From: Utricularia gibba
Taxonomy: Eukaryota; Plantae; Magnoliophyta
DNA: 64,000 nt
NCBI GenBank assembly: GCA_002189035.1
Contig: NEEC01000042.1
Span: 62,001-126,000, forward strand
Direction: 5' to 3'
Shown: positions 39,001-47,408 of the stretch, piece after piece
Layout: the number at the start of each line of letters is the position of its first letter
Numbering within the stretch: position 1 is the first letter of the stretch
Made by a program: the position numbers and the translations under genes
The notes under the pieces: model-generated
Told to the model about the DNA's origin: nothing
Seen by the model: the letters and a program-made list of their open reading frames with translations, nothing else
Database searches by the model: none

Positions 39001-41843
39001 AAAAATGATGCATTTGTTTAAATTACGATATCACGTGCACCCTCCATGATTTTTTAACAACTTACTTTATACTTGATGAGGTGGTCTTGGGGGGCAAGAG
39101 GAATCGGAAAAAGGTCAGCTTAGGCTTGGGCCGAAAGTAAGTTGTAGCCCGGCAAATAAAGTGAAGTATTTATTAACGTTCGGTTTTCGAGGTTGCCTAC
39201 ATGGTTTTTCAAGGAACAACTTCTCCTTTAGTGGCGGCCAGTCTCACTAGGAACTTGGTCTGGGCCCCTTATTCTTTATGGCTCAAGAGGACAAAAGGAT
39301 GCAAATCGATGAATACAATGATGCATTTGATTAAATTACGATATCACGTGCACCCCACATCATTTTTTCAACAACTTACTTTATACTTGTAGAGGCGGTC
39401 TTGGGGTGCACCTAGAACGGGACAAAGGTCAGGTTGGGCTTTGCCAGAGAGTTAGTTGTAGCCCGGCAAAGAAAGTGATGTATTTATTAACGTTCGGTTT
39501 TCCGGGTTGCCTACATGGTTTTTCAAGGAAAAGCTTCTCGTTTTGTGGCGGCTGCTCTCGCTGGGAACTTGGTCCGGGCCCCCGATTCTATATGGCTCAT
39601 GAGGTCAACCAGATGCAAATCGATGAATATAATGATGCTTTTTTTTTTAATTACGATATCACGTGCAGCCCACATGATTTTTCAACAACTTACTTTATAC
39701 TTGAGGAGGCGGTCTTGGGGTGCACCTGGAACGGGATAAAGGTCAGGTTGGGCTTTGCCAGAGAGTTAGTTGTAGCCCGGCAAAGAAAGTGTTGTATTTA
39801 TTAACGTTCGGTTTTCGGGGTTGCCTACATGGTTTTTCAAGGAACAGCTTCTCGTTTTGTGGCGGCCAGTCTCACTAGGAACTTGGTCCGGGCCGCTGAT
39901 TCTTTATGGCTCATGAGGACAAAAGGATGCAAATCGATGAATACAATGATGCATTTGTTTAAATTACGATATCACGTGCACCCCACATCATTTTTTCAAC
40001 AACATACTTTATACTTGAAGAGGCGGTCTTGGGTGCACCTATAACGGGACAAAGGTCAGGTTGGGCTTTGCCAGAGAGTTAGTTGTAGCCCGGCAAAAAA
40101 AGTGATGTATTTATTAACGTTCGGTTTTCGGGGTTGCCTACATGGTTTTTCAAGGAAAAGCTTCTCGTTTTGTGGCGGCTGCTCTCGCTGGGAACTTGGT
40201 CCGGGCCCCCGATTCTATATGGCTCATGAGGTCAACCAGATGCAAATCGATGAATATAATGATGCATTTGTTTAAATTACGATATCACGTGCACCCTACA
40301 TCATTTTTTCAACAACTTACTTTATACTTGAGCAGGTGGTCTTGGGGGCAAGAGGAACAGGACAAAGGTCAGCATAGGCTTTGGCCGAAAGTAAGTTGTA
40401 GCCCGGCAAAGAAAGTGATGTATTATTAACGTTCGGTTTTCGGGGTTGCTTACATGGTTTTTCAAGGAACAGCTTCTCCTTTAGTGGCGGCCAGTCTCGC
40501 TAGGAACTTGGTCCGGGCCCCTGACTCTTTATGGCTCATGAGGAGAAAAGGATGCAAATCGATGAATACAATGATGCATTTGTTTAAAATTACGATATCA
40601 CGTGCACCCTACATCATTTTTTCAACAACGTACTTTATACTTGAGGAGGTGGTCTTGGGGGCAAGAGGAACCGGACAAAGGTCAGCTTAGGCTTGGGCCG
40701 AAAGTAAGTTGAAGCCCGGCAAAGAAAGTGATGTATTTATTAACGTTCGGTTTTCGGGGTTGCCTACATGGTTTTTCAAGGAACAGCTTCTCGTTTTGTG
40801 GTGGCCAGTCTCACTAGGAACTTGGTCCGGGCCGCTGATTCTTTATGGCTCATGAGGACAAAAGGATGCAAATCGATGAATACAATGATGCATTTGTTTA
40901 AATTACGATATCACGTGCACCCCACATCATTTTTTCAACAACGTACTTTATACTTGAAGAGGCGGTCTTGGGGTGCACCTAGAACGGGACAAAGGTCAGG
41001 TTGGGCTTTGCCAGAGAGTTAGTTGTAGCCCGGCAATGAAAGTGATGTATTTATTAACGTTTGGTTTTCGGGGTTGCCTACATGGTTTTTAAAGGAAAAG
41101 CTTCTCGTTTTGTGGCGGCTGCTCTCGCTGGGAACTTGGTCCGGGCCCCCGATTCTATATGGCTCATGAGGTCAACCAGATGCAAATCGATGAATATAAT
41201 GATGCATTTGTTTAAATTACGATATCACGTGCACCCTACATCATTTTTTCAACAACTTACTTTATACTTGAGCAGGTGGTCTTGGGGGCAAGAGGAACAG
41301 GACAAAGGTCAGCATAGGCTTTGGCCGAAAGTAAGTTGTAGCCCGGCAAAGAAAGTGATGTATGTATTAACGTTCGGTTTTCGGGTTGCTTACATGGTTT
41401 TTCAAGGAACAGCTTCTCCTTTAGTGGCGGCCAGTCTCGCTAGGAACTTGGTCCGGGCCCCTGACTCTTTATGGCTCATGAGGAGAAAAGGATGCAAATC
41501 CATGAATACAATGATGCATTTGTTTAAATTACGATATCACGTGCACCCTACATCATTTTTTCAACAACGTACTTTATACTTGAGGAGGTGGTCTTGGGGG
41601 CAAGAGGAACCGGACAAAGGTCAGCTTAGGCTTGGGCCGAAAGTAAGTTGTAGCCCGGCAAAGAAAGTGATGTATTTATTAACGTTCGGTTTTCGGAAGC
41701 TGCCTAAATGCTTTTTGAAAGAACATCTTCTCGTTTTATGGCGGCCAGTCTCGCTGGGAACTTGGTCCTTGACCCTGGTTCTGTATGGCTCATGGGGTGA
41801 TGAAAAAAAATGATGCATTTGTTTAAATTACGGTATCACGTGC
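1..41843 (+). repeat. Tandem satellite array, left domain (~133 monomers of ~313-315 bp; each a 156+157-bp dimer), probably centromeric/pericentromeric
   Basis: The landmark ATGCATTTGTTTAAATTACGATATCACGTGCACC recurs at 1, 314, 628, 941, 1256, 1569, 1882 and onward without interruption, always in the same orientation. The monomer count is estimated from length. Centromeric status is inferred from monomer size and array length only. Confidence 0.97.
20440..25080 (+). repeat. Three tandem copies of a 5-monomer HOR (~1.55 kb)
   Basis: The marker GCTGCCTA(A)ATGCTTTTTGAAAGAACATC occurs at about 20311, 21865, 23413 and 24957. The same ordered variants lie between each pair (TCTCACTAGG/CCCCTTATTC; CAAGGAAAAGC; CACCTGGAACGGGATAAAGG; CAACGAAAAGC; TTGAGAAGGCGG). 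Confidence 0.8.
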
Positions 41844-42578
41844 CCTGGTTATATTCATATTGTGCATTTTGGTGAGGAGAGCAGATTCACCATAAGTTTT
41901 CTCAACTTCATTACCATCTCTTAGTTCCAATCTCTTTTCTGTAGATTGCAACTCAATCATGAACTCTCTAAATGTTGGCTCTGGTGTAACAGGATATTCA
42001 GGATACAGCTGATGGAGCTTTCCTTCAATAATGTCAAGGATTTTTCTTTCTGTCTCAAGTGCACATAACTTTGGCTCGAATCTTGCAGGTAGGCTCATGA
42101 TTGCCTTGCTAATCACCTTTTGATCCTCAAGTTTTTCCCCCAATCCTCGAATCTCCTTCACAAGCTTCGCAGTACGTTCATAATAGACTTGTATGGTTTC
42201 ATTGTCTAACATTTTGTTCCTCTCAAAGTCCTCCAGCTTGTTTTTGCATAATATCTCTCTGAGTTTGGCATCGCCTTCATAATGGGATTTGAGAGTATCC
42301 CATATTTCTTTTGCTGATTGACACTCTGCAATATCATCAAATAGATGTTCAGAGATGGCTTGATACAAGGCATCCATTGCTTCATCTTTTCTCTGTTGAA
42401 GATACTCAGCTTCCTCTTGCTGTTCTGATGTGGATTTGCTTGTTATTGTAATAGCCGGAATCTCCCTTTCAACAACATCCCAAATCTTTCTGACCCGAAG
42501 GTAGCTGCGCATCTTTTTGACCCAGCTTCCATACTCTGAACCATCAAATATTGGAGGTCCTCTACCAGATGCCATCAT
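41823..42578 (-). CDS. gag: Truncated copia Gag (251 aa from ATG; the ORF track starts at a GTG at 42584). N-terminal PPIFDG..Y..W...M..YL motif plus UBN2/Retrotran_gag_2-type core; no zinc knuckle; C-terminal ARDTVI* encoded by satellite
   Basis: The motifs GPPIFDGSEYGSWVKKMRSYL, SAKEIWDTLKSHYEG, FERNKMLDNETIQVYYER and GEKLEDQKVISKAIMSLPARF are recognisable copia Gag motifs. The ORF starts 106 bp downstream of the PBS. Expression is not shown. Confidence 0.88.
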   Translation of the reverse strand: MMASGRGPPIFDGSEYGSWVKKMRSYLRVRKIWDVVEREIPAITITSKSTSEQQEEAEYLQQRKDEAMDALYQAISEHLFDDIAECQSAKEIWDTLKSHYEGDAKLREILCKNKLEDFERNKMLDNETIQVYYERTAKLVKEIRGLGEKLEDQKVISKAIMSLPARFEPKLCALETERKILDIIEGKLHQLYPEYPVTPEPTFREFMIELQSTEKRLELRDGNEVEKTYGESALLTKMHNMNITRARDTVI

Positions 42579-42684
42579 AGCCACCGCTTGACAAGCTTTG
42601 GGTTGATACTTGGTAATCTACCAAGTAAAAAACGCTGAACGGTATATAAAATACTGAAACGAACACAGGTTTGAGAACCTTACT

Positions 42685-42696
42685 GCTCTGATACCA
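42685..42696 (-). other. Primer-binding site for initiator tRNA-Met, copy 1
   Basis: Minus-strand TGGTATCAGAGC immediately after the LTR-terminal CA; this is the canonical plant copia PBS. Confidence 0.93.
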
Positions 42697-43019
42697 TGTT
42701 GTTGCAAGAAAAATAGTCTTGGGAAGTAACAAAAAGGTAATGCTTATGAGATCACCTTGGATGAAAAACGACTCATGAACAATAAGAATGACCGAAAACC
42801 TAATTGACACGCATTTCTAGTAGGGCTTATATATACCAAATACCTAGGTTACCCAACAGTGGGCCACAATCATTGAAAACACACAAAAAGCCCAACAACT
42901 CGAATCCAACACTTCCATGCTCGAACCCAACACCTTTTTTTATCTGAAATATGACATTATGACACAAGTTTAGTTCTTCCAATCACCTTCAAGCTTTGGA
43001 TTGAGGCTGATCTCCAACA
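42697..43019 (-). repeat. 5' LTR, copy 1 (323 bp)
   Basis: The minus strand begins TGTTGGAGATC and ends TTGCAACAACA (5-bp terminal inverted repeat TGTTG/CAACA). It abuts the PBS and contains TATATATAA. It is 2 bp shorter than the other copies (AAATAGTCTT vs AAATAGAGTCTT). Confidence 0.9.
42827..42835 (-). promoter_or_regulatory. Putative LTR TATA box (also at 47216, 52551, 56324, 60097, 63876)
   Basis: Minus-strand TATATATAA about 130 bp before the LTR 3' end, the expected U3 position for an LTR Pol II promoter. Function is not demonstrated. Confidence 0.65.
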
Positions 43020-46000
43020 CTTGGTCCGGGCCCCTGATTCTTTATGGCTCATGAGGACAAAAGGATGCAAATCGATGAATACAATGATGCAATTGTTTAA
43101 ATTACGATATCACGTGCACCCTGATTTTTTCAACAACTTACTTTATACTTGAGGAGGTGGTCTTGGGGGGCAAGAGGAACCGGACAAAGGTCAGCTTATG
43201 CTTGGGTCGAAAGAAAGTTGTAGCCTGACAAAGAAAGTGATCTATTTATTAACGTTCGGTTTTCGGGGCTACCTACATGGTTTTTCAAGGAACCGCTTCT
43301 CGTTTTGTGGCGGCCAGTCTCGCTGGGAACTTGGTCCTTTACCCCGATTCTGTATGGCTCATGAGGTCAACCGAATGCAAATCGATTAAAAAAAATGATG
43401 CATTTGTTTAAATTGCGATATGACGTGCACCCCACATGATTTTTTTCAACAACTTACTTTATACTTGGGAGGCGGTCTTGGGGTGCACCTGGAACGGGAC
43501 AAAGGTAAGGTTTGGCTAGCGCCGAGAGTTAGTTGTAGCCCGACAAATAAAGTGATATTTATTATCGTTTGGTTTTCGGGGCTGCCTACATGGTTTTTCA
43601 AGGAACCGCTTCTCGTTTTGTGCGGCCAGTCTCGCTGGGAACTTGGTCCTTGACCCCGATTCTGTATGGCTCATGAGGTCAACCGGATGCAAATCGATTA
43701 AAAAAATGATGCATTTGTTTAAATTGCGATATCACGTGCACCCCACATGATTTTTTCAACAACTTACTTTATACTTGAGGAGGCGGTCTTGGGGCAGCTG
43801 GAACGGGACAAAGGTAAGGTTTGGCTTGCGCCGAGAGTTAGTTGTAGCCCGACAAATAAAGTGATAAATTTATATCGTTCGGTTTTCGGGGCTTCCTACA
43901 TGGTTTTTCAAGGAACCGCTTCTCGTTTTGTGGCGGCCAGTCTCGCTGGGAACTTGGTCCTTGACCCCGATTCTGTATGGCTCATGAGGTCAACCGGATG
44001 CAAATCGATTAAAAAAAGTGATGCATTTGTTTAAATTGCGATATCACGTGCACCCCACATGATTTTTTCAACAACTTACTTTATACTTGAGGAGGCGATC
44101 TTAGGGTGCACCTCGAACAGGACAAAGGTAAGGTTTGGCTTGCGCCGAGAGTTAGTTGTAGCCCGACAAATAAAGTGATGTATTTATTATCGTTCGGTTT
44201 TCGGGGGCTGCCTACATGGTTTTTCAAGGAACCGCTTCTCGTTTTGTGGCGGCCAGTCTCGCTGGGAACTTGGTCCTTGACCCCGATTCTGTATGGCTCA
44301 TGGGTCAACCGGATGCAAATCGAAGAAAAAAAATGATGCATTTGTTTAAATTACGATATCACGTGCACCCTACATGATTTTTTCGACAACTTACTTTATA
44401 CATGGGGAGGCGGTCTTGGGGGTACCTGGAAGCGGAAAATGGTCAGCTTAGGCTTGGGCCGATAGTAAGTTGTAGCCCGGCAAAGAAAGTGATGTATTTA
44501 TTATCGTTCGGTTTTTGGGGCTGCCTACATGGTTTTTCAAGGAACATCTTCTCTTTTTGTGGCGGCCGCTCTCGCTGGGAACTTGGTCCGGGCCCCTGAT
44601 TCTCTTTGGCTCATGAGGACAAAAGGATGCAAATCGATGAAACAATGATGCATTTGTTTCAATTACGATATCACGTGCACCCCACATGATTTTTTCAACA
44701 ACTTACTTTATACTTGAGGAGGTGGTCTTGGGGGCAAGAGGAACCAGACAACGGTCATATTAGGCTTGGGCCGAAAGTAAGTTGTAGCCCGGCAAAGAAA
44801 GTGATGTATTTATTAACGTTCGGTTTTCAGGGTTCCCTACATGGTTTTCCAAGGAAAAGCTTTTCGTTTTGTGGCGGCCGCTCTCGCTGGGCACTTGGTC
44901 CGGGCCCCTAATTCTTTATGGCTCATGAGGACAAAAGGATGCAAATCGATGAAAATAATGATGCATTTGTTTAAATTACGATGTCGCGTGCACCCCAAAT
45001 GATTTTTTTAACAACATACTTTATACATGAGGAGGCGGTCTTGGGGGCACTTGGAACCGGAAAAAGATCAGCTTAGGCTTGGGCCGAAAGTAAGTTGTAG
45101 CCCGGCAAAGAAAGTGATGTATTTATTAACGTTCGGTTTTCGGGGTTGCCTACATGGTTTTTCAAGGAACAGCTTCTCGTTTTGTGGTGGCCAGTCTCAC
45201 TAGGAACTTGGTCCGGGCCGCTGATTCTTTATGGCTCATGAGGACAAAAGGATGCAAATCGATGAATACAATGATGCATTTGTTTAAATTACGATATCAC
45301 GTGCACCCCACATCATTTTTTCAACAACGTACTTTATACTTGAAGAGGCGGTCTTGGGGTGCACCTAGAACGGGACAAAGGTCAGGTTGGGCTTTGCCAG
45401 AGAGTTAGTTGTAGCCCGGCAATGAAAGTGATGTATTTATTAACGTTTGGTTTTCGGGGTTGCCTACATGGTTTTTAAAGGAAAAGCTTCTCGTTTTGTG
45501 GCGGCTGCTCTCGCTGGGAACTTGGTCCGGGCCCCCGATTCTATATGGCTCATGAGGTCAACCAGATGCAAATCGATGAATATAATGATGCATTTGTTTA
45601 AATTACGATATCACGTGCACCCTACATCATTTTTTCAACAACTTACTTTATACTTGAGCAGGTGGTCTTGGGGGCAAGAGGAACAGGACAAAGGTCAGCA
45701 TAGGCTTTGGCCGAAAGTAAGTTGTAGCCCGGCAAAGAAAGTGATGTATGTATTAACGTTCGGTTTTCGGGGTTGCTTACATGGTTTTTCAAGGAACAGC
45801 TTCTCCTTTAGTGGCGGCCAGTCTCGCTAGGAACTTGGTCCGGGCCCCTGACTCTTTATGGCTCATGAGGAGAAAAGGATGCAAATCCATGAATACAATG
45901 ATGCATTTGTTTAAATTACGATATCACGTGCACCCTACATCATTTTTTCAACAACGTACTTTATACTTGAGGAGGTGGTCTTGGGGGGCAAGAGGAACCG

Positions 46001-46231
46001 GACAAAGGTCAGCTTAGGCTTGGGCCGAAAGTAAGTTGTAGCCCGGCAAAGAAAGTGATGTATTTATTAACGTTCGGTTTTCGGAAGCTGCCTAAATGCT
46101 TTTTGAAAGAACATCTTCTCGTTTTATGGCGGCCAGTCTCGCTGGGAACTTGGTCCTTGACCCTGGTTCTGTATGGCTCATGGGGTGATGAAAAAAAATG
46201 ATGCATTTGTTTAAATTACGGTATCACGTGC
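43020..46231 (+). repeat. Satellite block between element copies 1 and 2 (partial + 10 monomers + 31 bp)
   Basis: Satellite resumes at CTTGGTCCGGG directly after the LTR. Monomer starts fall at about 43087, 43398, 43708, 44021, 44336, 44647, 44961, 45274, 45588, 45901, then 46201. Confidence 0.95.
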
Positions 46232-46966
46232 CCTGGTTATATTCATATTGTGCATTTTGGTGAGGAGAGCAGATTCACCATAAGTTTTCTCAACTTCATT
46301 ACCATCTCTTAGTTCCAATCTCTTTTCTGTAGATTGCAACTCAATCATGAACTCTCTAAATGTTGGCTCTGGTGTAACAGGATATTCAGGATACAGCTGA
46401 TGGAGCTTTCCTTCAATAATGTCAAGGATTTTTCTTTCTGTCTCAAGTGCACATAACTTTGGCTCGAATCTTGCAGGTAGGCTCATGATTGCCTTGCTAA
46501 TCACCTTTTGATCCTCAAGTTTTTCCCCCAATCCTCGAATCTCCTTCACAAGCTTCGCAGTACGTTCATAATAGACTTGTATGGTTTCATTGTCTAACAT
46601 TTTGTTCCTCTCAAAGTCCTCCAGCTTGTTTTTGCATAATATCTCTCTGAGTTTGGCATCGCCTTCATAATGGGATTTGAGAGTATCCCATATTTCTTTT
46701 GCTGATTGACACTCTGCAATATCATCAAATAGATGTTCAGAGATGGCTTGATACAAGGCATCCATTGCTTCATCTTTTCTCTGTTGAAGATACTCAGCTT
46801 CCTCTTGCTGTTCTGATGTGGATTTGCTTGTTATTGTAATAGCCGGAATCTCCCTTTCAACAACATCCCAAATCTTTCTGACCCGAAGGTAGCTGCGCAT
46901 CTTTTTGACCCAGCTTCCATACTCTGAACCATCAAATATTGGAGGTCCTCTACCAGATGCCATCAT
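46211..46966 (-). CDS. gag: Truncated copia Gag, copy 2
   Basis: Translation identical to copy 1 in the ORF track. Confidence 0.88.
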   Translation of the reverse strand: MMASGRGPPIFDGSEYGSWVKKMRSYLRVRKIWDVVEREIPAITITSKSTSEQQEEAEYLQQRKDEAMDALYQAISEHLFDDIAECQSAKEIWDTLKSHYEGDAKLREILCKNKLEDFERNKMLDNETIQVYYERTAKLVKEIRGLGEKLEDQKVISKAIMSLPARFEPKLCALETERKILDIIEGKLHQLYPEYPVTPEPTFREFMIELQSTEKRLELRDGNEVEKTYGESALLTKMHNMNITRARDTVI

Positions 46967-47071
46967 AGCCACCGCTTGACAAGCTTTGGGTTGATACTTG
47001 GTAATCTACCAAGTAAAAAACGCTGAACGGTATAAAAATACTGAAACGAACACAGGTTTGAGAACCTTACT

Positions 47072-47083
47072 GCTCTGATACCA
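47072..47083 (-). other. PBS (tRNA-iMet), copy 2
   Basis: Plus-strand GCTCTGATACCA. Confidence 0.93.
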
Positions 47084-47408
47084 TGTTGTTGCAAGAAAAA
47101 TAGAGTCTTGGGAAGTAACAAAAAGGTAATGCTTATGAGATCACCTTGGATGAAAAACGACTCATGAACAATAAGAATGACCGAAAACCTAATTGACACG
47201 CATTTCTAGTAGGGCTTATATATACCAAATACCTAGGTTACCCAACAGTGGGCCACAATCATTGAAAACACACAAAAAGCCCAACAACTCGAATCCAACA
47301 CTTCCATGCTCGAACCCAACACCTTTTTTTATCTGAAATATGACATTATGACACAAGTTTAGTTCTTCCAATCACCTTCAAGCTTTGGATTGAGGCTGAT
47401 CTCCAACA
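47084..47408 (-). repeat. LTR, copy 2 (325 bp)
   Basis: Same termini as copy 1. Confidence 0.9.

Larger units (their letters stand above)
41844..43019 (-). mobile_element. Ty1/copia LTR retrotransposon 5' fragment, copy 1 (LTR + PBS + truncated gag)
   Basis: TGTTG...CAACA LTR, an adjacent TGGTATCAGAGC PBS and a copia-type gag ORF. No pol, PPT, second LTR or TSD is present. Confidence 0.95.
46232..47408 (-). mobile_element. Ty1/copia 5' fragment, copy 2
   Basis: Same sequence and same two satellite junctions as copy 1. Confidence 0.95.

Noticed and set aside
475-41813. Hundreds of 60-250-aa ORFs (MHLERDKGQVG..., MVFQGTTSPL..., including the 250-aa ORF at 41061-41813)
   Set aside because: These are periodic translations of the satellite monomer. 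They shift frame with every homopolymer indel and have no recognisable domain.
42640-42730. Sequence differences among cassette copies as evidence of age or order
   Set aside because: The only differences I saw are 1-2-bp indels in TA/AG runs (TATATAAAA vs TATAAAAA; ATAGTC vs ATAGAGTC), which cannot be told apart from sequencing error.
42562-42810. Minus-strand ORF MSIRFSVILIVHES... upstream of gag in each copy
   Set aside because: It lies over the LTR R/U5, PBS and leader, and its length varies (64-82 aa) with 1-2-bp indels between copies, so it is not a conserved CDS.
42780-42810. LTR as the source of the satellite (shared CCGAAAACC; LTR 325 bp versus monomer 313 bp)
   Set aside because: Only a 9-mer is shared on opposite strands and there is no extended similarity by eye, so the similar length appears coincidental.
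42899-42933. Heat-shock elements in the LTR (ONSEN-like)
   Set aside because: The TTC/GAA triplets are not in the nGAAnnTTCn register.
43020-43050. Polypurine tract and target-site duplication for a complete element
   Set aside because: The minus-strand sequence before the LTR (…CAGGGGCCCGGACCAAG|TG) is ordinary satellite with several pyrimidines, and no 5-bp duplication matches the two junctions.
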